Shown here one piece after another: positions 47,214-62,252 of a stretch of 64,000 nt of DNA. The DNA is from the human T2T-CHM13v2.0 reference genome, Homo sapiens. Below the pieces are notes generated by a model. The model had not been told where the DNA came from and made no database searches. It saw only the letters and a program-made list of their open reading frames with translations. The translations under genes and the position numbers were made by a program. The stretch lies in the NCBI RefSeq assembly GCF_009914755.1, contig NC_060945.1; one strand, written 5' to 3'. Within the stretch, counting starts at the first letter, position 1, and each line of letters starts with the position of its first letter.

Positions 47214-50200
47214 TCAGATAAAATAGATTTCAACACAAAATCTATAAGAAGAGACAAAGAAGGTCACTATTTAATGATAAAGGGATCAATTCAGCAAGAT
47301 GATATAAACATTTTGAATATATATATGCACCCAACACTGGAGTACTCAGGCATATAAAGGAAACATTTTTAGAGATAAAGAGGGCTAGGACCAAATACAA
47401 TAATAGCTAGAGACTTTAACATCCCATTTTCAGCTTAGAAAAGATCTTCCAGACAGAAAATCAACAAAGAAACATCAGACTGAATCTTCACTATAGAGTA
47501 AATTGATCTAATAGATATTTACAGAACATTTCAGCCAAAAGCTGCAGAATACTCATTCTTTTCCCTAGAAAGTGGATCATTCTCAAGAATACAACATATG
47601 TAAAACAAAAAAGTCTTAAAACATTAAATAAGTTGAAATAATATCAAGCATCTTCTCTTACCACAATGGAATAAAACCAGAAACTAATAAGAATAGGAAT
47701 TTTGGAAACTATACAACATGGAAATTAAACAATATGCTCCTGAGTGACCAGTGGTCAATGAAGAGATTAAGAAGGAAATTGGAAAATTTCTTGAAAGAAA
47801 TGATAACAGAAACACAACATACCAAAACCTATGGGATACACCAAAGGCAGTACTAAGAGGGAAGTTTATAGCAATAAATGACTACATCAAAAAAGATGAA
47901 TAACTGCAAATGAACAACCCAACAATGCATCCTAAGGAACTAGAAAAGTAAGAGCAAACCAAACCCCAAATTAGTAGAAGAAACAAAATAATAAAGGTCA
48001 GAGCCAAAATTAATGAAATTGAAGTTTAAAAAAATACAAAAGATTAATGACAAAAAAGGTTGTTTTTTGAAAAGTTAAACAAAGTTAACAAACTTTTAGA
48101 CAGACTGAAAAAAAGAGATAAAGCCCAAATAAATAAAATCAGAAAAGAAAAAGTAGACACTACAACTGATAATGCAGAAACTCAAAGCATCATTAGTGGC
48201 TACTATGAGCAACTATATACCAATATATTTAAAAAATCTAGAAGAAATGGATGAATTCCTAGATGCATACAACCTACCAAGATTGAACCAAGAGGAAATC
48301 CAAAACCTGAAAAGACCAATAACAAGTTACAAGATCAAAGCCATGAAAAAAGAAATCTCCCACTAAAGAAAAGCCCAGAACCTGACAGCTTCACTTCTGA
48401 ATTCTACCAAACCTTTAAAGAAGAATTAATACCAATCTTACTCAAACTATTCCAAAAAGTGGAGGAGAGGGGAATGCTTCCAAACTCATTCTATGAGGCC
48501 AATATTACTGTGATACCAAAACCAGACAAAGACACATCAAAAAAAAAAGAAGACTACAGGCCAATATTTCTGATGAATATTAATGCAAAACTCCTCAACA
48601 AAATACTACCAAACTAAATTCAACAACAATATATTAGAAAGATCATTCATCGTCCAAGTGAGATTTATCCCAGGGATGCAAAGATAGTTCAACATATTCA
48701 AATCAATCAGTATGATACATCATATCCACAGAATGAAGTTTAAAAACAATATTATTATATCAATTTATACTAAAAAATCATTTTAAAAAATTTGACATTC
48801 CTTCATGATAAAAAAATACCTAAAAAAACTGAGTCTAGAAGGAACATACCTCAACATAATAAAAGCCTTATACAATAGACCCACAGCTAGTATCATACTG
48901 ACTGGGGAAAAGATGAAAGCCTTTCCTCTAAGATCTGGAATATAACCTGGCTCACCAGTGTTATTCCACATAGTACTGGAAGTCCTAGCTAGAGAAATTA
49001 GACAAGGAAAGATATACATGGCATCCAAATTAGAAATGAAGAAGTCAAATTATACCTGTTTGCAGATGATATGATATGATTTGGAAAACCCTAAAAATTC
49101 CTCAGGAAAACTGTTAGAACTAATAAACAAATTTAGCAACGTTGCAGGATACAATTTCAACATAAAATACCAGTAGCATTTCTATGAGAACAGGCAACAA
49201 TATAAAAAAGAAATTAAAAAGTAATCCTATTTACACTAGCCACACATAAAATTAAATCCCAAAGTGAAAGATCTCTATAATAAAAGCTATAAGATATTGC
49301 TGAAATCAATTGAGGAGGACATAAAAAATTTGAAAATATTTAATGAAAAATAGTTTATGTTCACAGATTTATTGAAAAATAATATAGGTTCATGGATTGA
49401 AAGACAATTTTGTTAAAATGTCCATTCTACTCAAAGCAAACTACAGATTCAATGCAACCTCAGTAAAAATACCAGTGACATTCTTCACAGAAATGGAAAA
49501 AAAATCCTAAAATTTATATGGGACCACAAAAGACACAGAATAGCCAAAGCTATCCTAAGCAAAAAGAACAAAACTGGAGAAATCACATTACCTGACTTCA
49601 AATTAGACTACAGAGCTATAGTAACCTAAACAGAATGGTGCTGGCATAAATACAGACACACAGACCAATGTAAAAAATAGAGAACTCAGTAACAAATCAG
49701 CACACTTACAGTGAACTCATTTTTGACAAAGATGTCAAGAACACACACTGGGGAAAAGACAGTCTCTTCAATAAATAGTGCTGGAAAAACTAAATATTCA
49801 AATGCAGAAGAATGAAATTAGGCCCCCATCTATCACCATATATGTAAATAAAATCAAAATGGATTCAAGACTTAAATCTAAGACTTCAAACTATGAAACT
49901 AGAAGAAAACATTAGGGAAAATCTTCAAGACATTGGTCTGGGAAAGGATTTCTTGAGCAATTCCCCACAACTATAGGCAACCAAAGCAAAACTGAACAAA
50001 TCGTCTCGTATGTTGAAAAGCTTCCGCACAGAAAAAGATATAATCAACAAAGTGAAGAAACAACCCACAGAATGGGAGAAAACATTTGCACAATATCCAT
50101 CTGACGTGGGATTAATAACCAGAACACACATGGAACTCAAACAACTCTATAGGAAAAAGTCTAATAATCTGATCAAAAAATGGGCAAAAGAATTTGAATA

Positions 50201-52209
50201 GACATTTCCAAAAGAGGACATACAAATGGCAAACAGGCATGTGAAAAAGTGCTCAACGTCATTTATCATCAGAGAAATGCAAATCAAAACTACAATGAGA
50301 TGTTATCTCACCATAGTTAAAAATGCCTTATATCCAAAACACAGGCACTAGTAAATGCTGGTGAAGATGTGGAGAAAAAGGAACCCTATTTCACTGTTGG
50401 CGGGAATATAAATTAGTACAACCACTATGGAGAACAGTTTGGAGGTTCCCCAAAAACAAAAAATTGAGCTAACATATGCTCCAGCAATCTCACTGCTGGG
50501 TATATACTTCCCAATTTGTTGCAGTACTGTTACAATAGCTAAGATTTGGACACAACCTAAGTGTCTATCAACAGATGAATGGATAAAGAAAATATGGTAC
50601 ATATACACAATGGAGTATGGTTCAATCATCAAAAAAGAATGAAATCCAGTCATTTGCAACAACATAATTAGAACTGGAGATGATTATGGTAAGTGAAATA
50701 ATTCAGTCACTGAAAGACAAACATCGCATGTTCTCACTTATCTGTGGAATCTAAAAATCAAAACAATTGAACTTGTGTACATTGAGATTAGAAGGATGGT
50801 TACCAGAGGCTAGGAAGAGTAATGGCATTCTGGGAGGAAGCTGGGGATGGTTAATGGGTACAAAGCAATAGAAAGAATGAATATGAGCTACTATTTGATA
50901 GCACAATAGGGTGACTATTGTCAATAATAACTTAATCGTACATTTTAAAATAATTTAAAGGGTGTAAGTGGAATGTTTTTAACTCAAAGGATAAATGCTT
51001 GCGGGAATGGATACCCCATTCTCCATGATGTGCTTATTTCACATTGCATGTCTGTATCAAATCATCTCATGTACTCCATAAATATATATACCTACTATGT
51101 ACCTACAAAAATTTTAAAAATTTGAAAGAATGAAAAAGCATCAAGGGCAAATGATACACATTGCAACACACACACACACACACAGCAGGAAGCTATGAGG
51201 ATAAAATAAATTCAAGGCATGCTTTGAAATAGCAAAAATATTTTACAAGTACAGTCAAGAAATTAATATTAATGTTTAGAACATTAATAATAAAAATATT
51301 ATTTATTCATTTTTATCCTTGTATGAAAAAATGAATTTAAAATGCATGAGTTTGGATTTAAAATCATTGTGTAATGTATTATAACTTCTTTGTATTTGGG
51401 AAGCAAATTTATTAATCAAATTGACTTTTTTAAAAAGATATAATTAGTCTAGTTATGACATCATCTAGAAGCAGTCTTAAAAGAGAGAGGTAGACAGTAT
51501 ACACTTAGCATATTGAAAAGTTCTAGGTATATTAACATATAAGTAAAGTGAAGATTGGATGCCTTGTCTACCTTTAGAACATTTGGCCAATATGATTTGC
51601 TGTTTCCGCTTTTAAGTAACCCCTGTTCCAAACACATTACAAACTACTGGGAAAATTATTAAGAACTAAGTAAGTCATGAGTGCTCTAAAATACGTAAAC
51701 ATGTAGGGAAACCTAACAGAAATACAAAGTAGTGAGTGAAACTAAAGTTTTAGACATATTAAGCTCCCATCCCAAAACAGACAGCATTGGACAGATCTTA
51801 AACCCTGAGGGGTAGCATGCAATCGATGTCCTCTACATGAGGCAAACTCCATGATGGAAATACAGGGCCTATGGTAGCAACCACTGCTATAAAAGAGGGC
51901 TGAAAAAAGCTTCTGCCAACAGCTGCTAGGGCTCTTGCTTACAAGAAGATATGGGCCAGAGAAGCAAAATTTAACAACACGGCCAGCAAAACAGAATATG
52001 AAACAAGCTACCAATAGTTCAGTGTCTAGATTAGTAATAGTTCATATATCTGCTTGGAATAAGATCTCTGGACCACCAATGTAAGCCCTGGTTTTTAATT
52101 GGGGCATCAGGAAGACATGAGATTTTTTGCCTCACTAGTAGATAAAGCAAGGCGAAGAAGCCAGGAAAGAAAGAAAGAAAGAGAGAAAGAGAGAGAGAAG
52201 AAGAAAAAG

Positions 52210-53750
52210 AGTTGTCATTCTAAATTAGCCAAAGCACATGAAGAGATCAAATGCTGAGGAAGAGAGCCAACTGAATTGACAATCAGAAAATTAAACCATT
52301 TAATTCCAGATGAAATTAAAATCATAAAACAGATGGAGAGATAATTTAAGAAAGAATATATATAATCTCCAAAGAGCTAAATAAAAATGTAATATTAAAG
52401 AAATAATTTATGATGAAACCAAAACAGAAATGAAACAAAAATCATTAAATAGGAACAAAGAACAATTACAAAGTCTTGAAAATGAATAATCACAGAAATT
52501 TATATTAAATAATCAAAAATTAAACTCTAGACCTTTCATAAGAGAGAATTAGAAAATGCTGAGTTCACTTAGGGTGCAGCATAGAAGGATAAATAGAAAA
52601 CATGATACACACAGGTAAAAGGTTAGAAGATATATTAAAAGATGACAAAATACTACTAATAGAAACTCTAGAAAAAGAAAATGATGGAATATTCCTATTA
52701 ATGCAAGAAAACAACAGATCAATTTTAGGTATTAACATAGTTTTTAAAATCCTAAATAAAATATCAACAAAATCAAATAGTACCTATAAAACTACATTAA
52801 GACCAATTAGTGTTTAATATAGAAATGTAAGAATGCTTCAATATTTTGATACAGATTAAAATATTTAAAAGGAAGTTAATCTCAATAAATATTTAAGGCA
52901 TTTGAAAAATTTTAAAGTTTACCCACGTCAAAATCTTAGCAAATTGGGAAAAGGCAGGACTTCCTTAACCTGAGTAGAGTTATTTAAAAAAAATTTCCTC
53001 ATGAAGACTGAATTATAAATAATTATATGAGCATTAGAAATAAGAGTAGGATGGCTGATATCATAGCATTCCTACTTGTCAATATTATGGAAGCTAAAGA
53101 AGTTGAGAATAACATAAATGCTAAGGAAAGGAATACTTTATAGATTATTTGTACAGAAAATCTGAGAAAACCACAGAGTATCTCTCAGAATTCTTCAAGA
53201 TCAGCAAAATTATTTATTTGGATATCAATATACTAATAATGTGTCTCTAAATCAGCATCAACAAACTTGGAGAAAAATTCACAATGGCATCCAAAATTCT
53301 TGGATGCCTAACAATAAAATTATCAAAAGGTAAGCAAGATATCATAGAGAAAATTACAAAATATTATTGAAGGCTATGAAAGAATTGAATAAAGAGTTAT
53401 CTATGTTTGTGGATGAAAAGACCTAGCACCATAATGAAGTCAATTTCCCCTAAAAATGGTGTAAAATTCAAGTTCATTTCAGTCAAAATCCCATCAAAGG
53501 TATTCATATAATTTGACAATATGAACCTAAGTTTATATAGAAAAAAGACGAAGTCCAAACTTTCAAGAAGGACAAATGGGGAGCAGGGTATTCTTCTGAA
53601 TAAGACTCACTTGGCAGCAGAATTATTAATATTTTAATAAGTGCTTAAAAGAACAAGTAAAATGAAAGGGATAGAAATGAACCAATGGGAAAGAATAAAG
53701 AATCCAAATAAAGACAGAGGCAGCATTTCAAATTATTGAAGAAATTGTGC
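52210..53750 (+). mobile_element. Highly degraded L1M/L1ME fragments
   Basis: A-rich with L1-like remnants (aaaatcttagcaaattggga...ttccttaacctg; gtcaaaatcccatcaaagg). Confidence 0.5.
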
Positions 53751-56062
53751 AGGAGTAATTGATTTGTAACCTCATGGGTTACAAAGACATGTTAAATGCA
53801 ATAACTATATGATGAGCTCAACAAGAAAAATCACTGTGCCTCAAATGAGCAAGTTTTCTAAAAGCCTCATCATGACGTAAAACTCTAAGAAAAATTGTGG
53901 AGTCAGAGTGGCATGTATAAAAGGATATTTCTGCCTCCCTTATGAAAGATAGACCCCATTTCAAGTTTATAGATCCAAAATAATAGCAATCACCTTTAAT
54001 GGATTATTTATAGTATCCTTGGTTCAGAATGGGTAGTTCATTAAGTTTCTGCCTTTATGTTTCTCTTAAAAACCCCATTTACTAAAAGATTTACAATTTT
54101 CCCCTACACTTAAATAAAAGATGTTTAACTCTTTCATTCTTTCTTTAGCAGTGATCTTTATGTGACACATAATATTTAAAATCACCTGCTTCCCAGAGAT
54201 TTAAAGGTCAGTGTTTTTACATATACCTTCATTTTTTTTAATTCAAGAATCTTTCCATTAAACCAGTGGTTTTTATTCTCTTTTCTTAAATGCAGTGTCC
54301 CATATGTTCACATTCCTACAGCCATGGATAAAACATGTTTTGGATTTTGCATAAGTTCCTGGCAAAAGCTGTACCCCCACCCCTTTTTCAAAGGTTATAA
54401 CAGCACAGTAGGGTGTCACAACACTGTGGTTGAGAACCTACACTAAATTATGTTATGTATTTATTCCACAAGAAGGAATAAAAAACACCTAAGATAATGT
54501 TTATTTTTTAAGTACCTCATACACATTTTCTTATTAAAGCAACTGAATTTGATAACATAAACTTTGCAATGATTCAACAAAAGACTAGGGTTCTTGATGG
54601 TTCCGTCTAATGAAATATGTTTCTGAACAAGTAACTTCTTAAGGACAACTTTAACAGACAGAAAAGAGTTACAGTCATATTGAGTCCATGAGTCAGGACT
54701 TCGAGGCAATCCTTTTTAAGTAAGTGCTCCCTTCCCTATATCACAGAGGAAGACAATCAAGCTCATTATATGGTTATATGTCTTCAGCAGCAGCATTACA
54801 AACGTATGTCACGCCACGCTGAACCATGCTATGTTATAGAAACATTAGCATACTGATTATATTACCATTCAAAATGATTTCAGAAAGCAATCGTCTTTGG
54901 TGCCACACTGCCTATTTCCATGGGAAGTATATTCATATAAACCACATATAGCTCTTTTAGATCAACTAGAAAAGTATGCACAATACCACTTAAATCACCT
55001 GAAATGGGATTTCTGCCATCAGATTTATACGGCACAAAGCAAAGTTGAGAGCTGGCAGTTATTTTGTAAATTGGACTATATGGGCAACAAGAACTCGATG
55101 ATTCAGCCTCCCACAACTCATAATTGCATTTTATTTTTCAAGATGCTCTAAGATTAAACCCCTTATCTTGGCTTAAAATGCCTCCTGTTTAGGTATTACA
55201 ACGTATGTCAGCACCATCTCTACTGCTTATGTTAATCTTATGTGCAATTAGGAAAGAAAACAAACATCAGAACTAGGCCATCTTACTTTCCCAAATGAGA
55301 GGGATCTCCCATCGACATCTTGAAAAACCAATGAATAGACATAATGCCCTGCTGTAAACACAGAAATGAATAAAATTATTTTTGAAATCCATTTTTAAGC
55401 ATTGGCAGATGGTCACAATTGCAGGTTAGAGTTATAAAGTATTTTCAGATCCATGACTACCTGATAACTTTCACTGATCCACTTCAGGCTAAGGAAAAAA
55501 AAGTAATAATGTGAAAACGAATTTGAGAGGTGCTTATACCCTTGAGTAAGCACATCTCCAGGACTGGATTAATCTATTGTACCTTGCATTTACAGTGTGG
55601 TGCAACTCAGAAAACTACCTCCATGGAAGTTTAACCAAGCCAGCATTGAAAGGAATTCATTACTCAAGGAACAAAGAAGAAATTTTGATTCCTGGGATGT
55701 CTCAAAGCAAAGCAAGCAACACAAAGCCTGCATATTTTGCAAAATTTTGTCTCATAACAAATAGAAGAAAATTATTTCTCAAAAATACTGTTCCCAGAAC
55801 ATTATACTTAAAAATTCAACATCAAAATGATAAATAATAGTAATTGTTGCAGAACTCTTTTTAATACTTGTCTTTGAGTAGAGTTGGCTTAAGTGCTTTA
55901 ATGAAAGCATCCTTTCTCACTGTTCTTTGTGATGTGAACTTTCTGAGATGCTAAGTGTATGAATATCATCACATAAGAAGTTTAGAATATATCCTAATTT
56001 CATTCCTTTTGACACAGTAAAATTAAAATGAGAACATAAATGCTGCAAATAAAGGAACTTAC

Positions 56063-56086
56063 CAGCGAAATGCAGAAAAGATTCAT
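56063..56086 (-). CDS. SAMSN1: First coding exon (MNLFCISL) of minus-strand spliced gene, probably long SAMSN1 isoform / LOC388813
   Basis: Minus strand reads AAAATGAATCTTTTCTGCATTTCGCTG|GTAAGT: ATG with A at -3, 8 codons, consensus donor, phase 0 matching the next exon. Gene identity is from recall and weak SASH1 similarity, not a search. Confidence 0.7.
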
Positions 56087-56574
56087 TTTGACCAGCTTCA
56101 CTCTCTTGTTGCCCTGCTTTGAAAAATATGATTGCCTCTTGTAGCTCTCTCTTGCCTTCACAGCTGTTTGGCCAGTTCTCATGGGAGATTATTACAAAGT
56201 AAAATCCCTGCCATAATCCAGGGGATTCAGAGACCATTATCAAATAATATAGGCTTTTGTTGAACAAACAATTTCCTAAATTAATGAAGAACGCTGATGC
56301 ATAACATGAGAGAATGAGACTTACCACGATCTGTGTAAACAGATTTCAAAGGTGGCAATGATAGTCCTAAAACCTGCAGTGAAAATGCATTGGAAACAAC
56401 TACAGGCAAACCTGGAGAAAATATTATTCTTCAGGTTAAAAGTAACATCTTCCTCTTAAAAGTGGTAGGTCAAGGGTCCATCTCATATTTCTTCCCATCT
56501 CCCATTCCTATTTTCTCTTTCAACAATTAACAAAACGTTTGATTCGCTACATGACAAGATATAGAGATAAACAC

Positions 56575-58090
56575 ATTTTTAAATGGCAAGATATGCAAAG
56601 TGCATAAATCTAAAATGTACCACTTTAACCATTTTTAAGTAAACAGTTCAGTAACATTAAGTACCTCTACATTGTTGGGCAACTGTCACCACCATGAATC
56701 TCCAGAACCATTTCATCTTTCCTAACTCAAACCCCATACCCATTAAACACTAACTCCCCATTTCCCCTGCCCCTCAGCCCCTGGAAACAGCCTTTCTACT
56801 TTCTGTCTCTCTAAATTTGACTACTCTACATGCTTTCTGTAAGTGGAATCAATATTTGCCATCTGGTGGCTGACTTACCTCACTTAGCATAATCTCTTCA
56901 AGGTGCATCCATGCAATAGCATGTGCCACAGTTTCCTTCATTTTTAAGACTAAATAATATTCCTTTTTGTGTATATATCACATTTTGCTTATCCACTTGT
57001 TTGTTGATAAACACTTGGATTAGTTCTACCTTTTGACTATTGTGAATAAGACTGCTATGAACATAGATGTACATATATCTGTTTGAGTCCCTGCTTTCAA
57101 TTCTTTTGGGTATATATCCAGAAGGGGATTGTTTGATTTTTTGTTAATTCCATGTTAAAGAGGAAACACCATATTGTTTTTCTCACTGACTGCGTCATTT
57201 ACATTCTCACCTACAGTACACAAAGGTTCCAATTTCTTTGCACCCTTGCTGGCCCTTGTTATTTTCTGTTTTTTGTTTGTTCATGTTTTTTTTTTTAATA
57301 GTGGCTACCCTGAATGTGAAATGGTATCTCATGGTTTTGATTTGCATTTGCCTAGTGATTAGTGATGATGGGCATCTTTTTATTTGTTTATTAGCCATTT
57401 GTGTACTTTCTTCGGATTAATGTTTATACCAGCCCTTTGCTCATTTTTAAAATTTGGTTCCAGCCTGGGTGCCAGAACGAGACTCCATCTCAAAAAAAAA
57501 AAAATTTGTTTCCTTTAGTTTTTGGTTTTGTTATTGTTGAATTGTAGGTGTTCCTTACATATTCTGGATATCTCTTCTCAGATATGTGATTTGCAAATAA
57601 TTTCTCCCATTCAATGAGCTACTTTTTTACTCTGCTAATAGTGTCCTTTGATGCACAGAAGTATTTTTTTCTTTTTAATTTGATAAACTCTAAATTATCT
57701 ACTTTTGTTTTTGTTACCTGTGCTTTTGGTGTCAAATAAATCATTGCCAAATCCAATGTCAGGATGATTTTTCCCAATGTTTTCTTCTAATAACTTATAC
57801 TTTTATCTCTTTGGGACTTTGTCAATTTTGAATTACTTTTTGTATATGCTGTAATGTAAGGGTCCAACTTTATTGTTTTGCATGTGTATATTCCATTTGT
57901 CCAACACCATTTGTTGAAAGGCTGTACTTTCCCCATTGAATGGTCTTGACAGATTTGCTGACATTTGACCACATAAATGAAGGTTTATTTCTGGGCTCTC
58001 CATTCTATTGCATTGGTCTACATGTCTGTTTCTATGCCAGTATCACACTGTTTTAATTACTGTGCGCTTCGAACTAAGTTTTGAAATTAA
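56575..58090 (-). mobile_element. L1MB-type 3' portion, with a 45-bp Alu 3' fragment (57459-57503, +)
   Basis: Reverse L1MB 3'UTR and ORF2 C-terminus (track ORF 57207-57398 MQIKTMRYHFT); the Alu stub is flanked by aaaatttggtt / aaaatttgttt. Confidence 0.8.
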
Positions 58091-58498
58091 TGACTTTTGC
58101 ATATTGTCTCACTCCAAAAAAAAAAACAACCTTAAAAATGTTCTTTTTTTTGTTTTGTTTTGTTTTTTGATAAGAAAATTGAGGCTCAGAAGAATAAGTA
58201 ACTTGCCAAGGTCAAAACTAGAAAATGGTAAATTCTGGAATCTAGTCCAGGGATATCTAGTTCCAAATTTTATGCTTTTTATATTAACTATATCATCTTG
58301 TGTAAACTTGAGGATGATACTTAGCTTCTGCGTCTTCAGTAAACTCATCTGTACAATGGCCTGTTAAACCTAGCTATTTGAAAACATCAGCTAAAACTAA
58401 GTGATTTTTTTGGTATTCATTTAGGTCTTTTATTTCTTGATATGCTTGAAATCTAATTGTCTTTTAAATGCACTAATAGTTCTGAAAGTTAAATTTAT

Positions 58499-59166
58499 TT
58501 TTAAATTTTTTATTATTTTTCATTTTTTAATTAACAAATGAAAATTGTATATATTTATGAAATACAACATGATGTTTTGAAATATGTATGTGAAATGGTT
58601 AAATTAAACTAATATATGCATCACCTTACATATTTATTTGTGGTAAGAACACTTAAAATCTACTCTCTTAGCAGTTTTCACATGTACAATATATTGTAAT
58701 TAACTAACAGCGCCATGTTGTACAATAGACCTCCTGAACTTATTCTTCCTAACTAAAATTGTGTATCTTTTGACCATCGTCTCCTCCAATTACTCCTCGA
58801 ATCCCCCAGAGCCTTGTAATCATCATTCTGCTCTTTGCGTCTATGAATTCGACTTTTTTAGATTCCGCATTAGTGGGAACATGCAGTGTTTATCTCTCTG
58901 TTTCTCGCTTATTTCACTTAACGTAATATCCTCCAAACTCATCGATGTTGTCACAAATAACAGGATTTCCTTCATTTTAAAAACAATAGTATTTCACTGT
59001 GTATAATACCACATTTTCCAGCAATCCCACTACTGGCTATATATCTAAAGGAAATGAAGTCTGTATGTTAGAGAGATATTTGTACCTCCATGTTCATTGC
59101 AGCATTATTCCCAGTTGCCAAGATATGGAATCAACTTAAGTGCCCATCAACAGATGAATAAATAAA
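58499..59166 (-). mobile_element. L1MA 3' fragment with 5' inversion
   Basis: Minus-strand 3'UTR to ~59018, then a plus-oriented ORF2 end 59019-59166; TSD aaagttaaattta on both sides. Confidence 0.8.
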
Positions 59167-60139
59167 GTTAAATTTAGATCTTGCAAATAAATTTCTTCAT
59201 CACCTGGTCCTGGACTTAATTTTGTTAAGTAACATTTATTTCCAATAACCTTATTAGAAATAAGATATTCTAAAGGAAGGTATCTATAGCCCCTTGATCT
59301 TAATTAGCAACACCTGGAGATTTACATTGGTACCTTCTGCTTTAAAGTGTTATCAGTTAAGAATGCTTTCAGTTGCAGGTAATAGACTACATGACTGAGA
59401 GTGTTTAATCAAGAAGGATTATTGTTCACGTATAAGAACAGGTCTATGGATTGACAATTGTCACTGAAGGAGAGGGTCAGCAAGATCAGTCATGAGTACT
59501 GTCTATAGTTCCCTTGCCCTTCCTTTCATGATTTGAAGATGGCTGCAGAAGTTCATAGCGTTAAATCCTCACACAGTTGCTTTCGAACACTGGAAACAGA
59601 CATCACATGCACCAATGTCAAGCAGCCCTTCCTGTTTGGCATCCTTTCCATCAGGCCTCCCAAGAGCCTCAGTACCCCTATAGGTTTCACTATTTCTGCA
59701 TACTTTTCCAAGTTAGTACTTTTGAAGTGTATTATTTAAGAAATATTTTGAGATACAATATTAAAATTTAATCAAAAGCAAAACTAAATGAAACTAGGAC
59801 TTTGAGTTTCTTCTTTATAATCTTTTATTTTAGGAGCTATAATATTATTTCAAATTATGATTAAAAAAAGATGAAAAAATTTTCACATATACTCAAAAGT
59901 AGACTATAATAATTCCTTTATATGCCCCTCACATATATTCAACAATTATCAAGATATTGCAAAAGTTACTTCATATGTCCTGTTTTATCCCCTTTTTCTT
60001 TCCAGCTAAAGTATTTTAAAGCAAGTCTCAGCATCATGTTATTTCACTCCTACACATTTCATTCATCTCTAAACATTTTTCACTTTTTTTAGGCAATCAG
60101 AATGCCATTCATAAATCTAAAAATAGTTTCCTGATTACT

Positions 60140-60910
60140 TCAAATACCTTCCTTTGTCATTCCCCTCACAGAAAGGTATGGTCTGTTTCTCCAATCTCTT
60201 GAATGTCGGCTGAGACTATGACTAACTGAAACTTGGACTATGGCAGAAATATCACTGCGCTAGTTGTAAATCTACCTTTTTCCTTTTACACATTTATTTG
60301 AATTGAAAAATAAAAATTGTATGCATTTATGGTGTCCAGTGTGATGATTTGACATACGTATACATTGTGAAATAAATAAATCAAACTAGTAACATATCCA
60401 TCACCTCGAATACTTATCAATTTTTTATGGTGAAAACATTTACAATCTAATCCCTTAGCAATTTTTAAATATACAAAACTATTATTATTAACTATAATCA
60501 TCATGCTGTACAATAGGTCTCCAGAACTTATTACAAAGTTTCAGTTAAGCCTAGCTTTTAAGAAAGCTTCTGGCTTCTATTTTCTCCTCTTTGGAACCCA
60601 GCTGTCTTATTGTGAGGAGCCCAAGCAGCATGTAAAGAGACCCACATGAAGGAGAATCGAGAGCTCCGGTGTCTGTCCCATCTCGTCTGCATGATGACAT
60701 GGGCACCAGTGTGCTCACCCTGGGAATGAGGTCATCTTGAAAGTAAGCCCCAGATGAGCCACCTTAGCTGATAGCAGAGGAACCCCATCCCCAACCCCTG
60801 AGAGCCCTGACCAAATTGAAAAATTGTGAGAAAATAAATGATTGTTATTTTAAGCCACTAAGTACTGGGATGGTTTGTTATGTGATAAAATAAAAAAAAG
60901 CACTGTCTGT
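60140..60910 (+). mobile_element. MLT1 LTR interrupted by an L1MA 3' fragment (60283-60535, -)
   Basis: MLT1 3' end attgttattttaagcccactaagtactgggatggtttgttatg; inserted reverse L1MA tail. Confidence 0.65.
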
Positions 60911-61419
60911 AATTAAAATTTTCAATGACCTTAAAGAAAGCAAGAAGGACCAGAAGGAGGAGGAAGGGGAAGAAGAAAAGGAAGAAAAATCTTCTCATTT
61001 GCTCCATGTGAATCAAAATCCAAACAATGACCACATTTGACACTTGGTTGTCATGCCTCTCAAGTCTCTGTAATTCAGAACTCTCACTCTCTCTTCTTTC
61101 TCATTAATTTTTTGCAAAGGATAGGTCTTGTGAAATGTACATCCTGAATTTTTTTCTGGTTTCCTTCTTTGTGTATCACTTAACTTCTTCTTCTATCTCT
61201 GGGATACACTATAAATGGAAATTAACTCTTTCCTAAATGGAAGTTGATTCGATTCTGAGTCAACCTTAAAAAGTGCAAAAACTTTTGATAAGTATTGGGT
61301 ACTGTACTTGACATCGTATCAGGAAGCACTCAATATTTCCCATATTTATTAATACTAAGATAATTTCAACTATTAATTACCTTAACTTAAATTGCCTAAT
61401 TAGGAGCTACAATATGATG

Positions 61420-61727
61420 GTTTTTGTTTTGTTTTGTTTTTTGAGACAGAGTCTTGATCTGTCACCCAGGCTGAAGTGCAATGGCTCGATCTCGGCTTAC
61501 TGCAACCTCAGCCTCCCAGGTTCAAGCAATTCTCCTGCCTCAGCCTCCTGAGTATTTGGGATGGGGTTACAGGCTCGTGCCACTACGCCCAGCTAATTTT
61601 TGTATTTTTAGTAGAGACGGGGTTTCATCATGTTGGCCAGGCTGGTCTCGAACTCCTGACCTCATGATCCTCCCCCCTCGGCCTCCCAAAATGCTGGGAT
61701 TACAGGCGTGAGCCACTGCACCTGGCC
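61420..61727 (-). mobile_element. AluS (Sg/Sx-like)
   Basis: Full reverse dimer with a (GTTTT)n tail. Confidence 0.9.
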
Positions 61728-61885
61728 CAGAATGTTTTCTTTTAGTTATGGAAGTGACTGCACATCAATTACCTGGAAAATTTGGTAAAGTAGAAATTTT
61801 TCTAATCAACTAGTGCTGTGGTTAACCTAAAATACAGTTTATAGAGGAACAATTATAACGTGAAAATTTTCAAAAAGTTTGTGCC

Positions 61886-62252
61886 TGTGTAAGTCCATTT
61901 TCACACTGCTATAAAGAATACCTGAGACTGGGTAATTATTGAAGAAAAAAGGAGGCTTAATTGACTCACAGTTTCACATGGCTGGAGAGGCCTCAGGGAA
62001 CCGACAGTCATGGTGGAAGGCTAAGGAGAAGCAAGCACCTTCTTCACAAGGCAGCAGGAGAGAGCAAGAACAAAGGGAGAAGTGCCACTTTTAAACCATC
62101 AGATCTCGTGAGAACTCACTCACTATCAAAAGAACACCATAGGGGAAACTGCCCCCATGATACAATCACCTCCCAGAAGGTCCCTCCCTGGACATGTGAG
62201 GATTACAATTTGAGGTGAGATTTGGGTGGGGACAGAGAGCCGAATCATATCA
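61886..62252 (-). mobile_element. THE1/MST MaLR LTR
   Basis: tgtgtaagtccattttcacactgctataaagaatacctgagactgggt ... gagccgaatcatatca; TSD gtgcc / gtgct. Confidence 0.88.

Noticed and set aside
54796-55210. Repeated ttaca(a)acgtatgtca at ~54796 and ~55196
   Set aside because: The match is only ~15 bp and does not extend; cannot be distinguished from chance.
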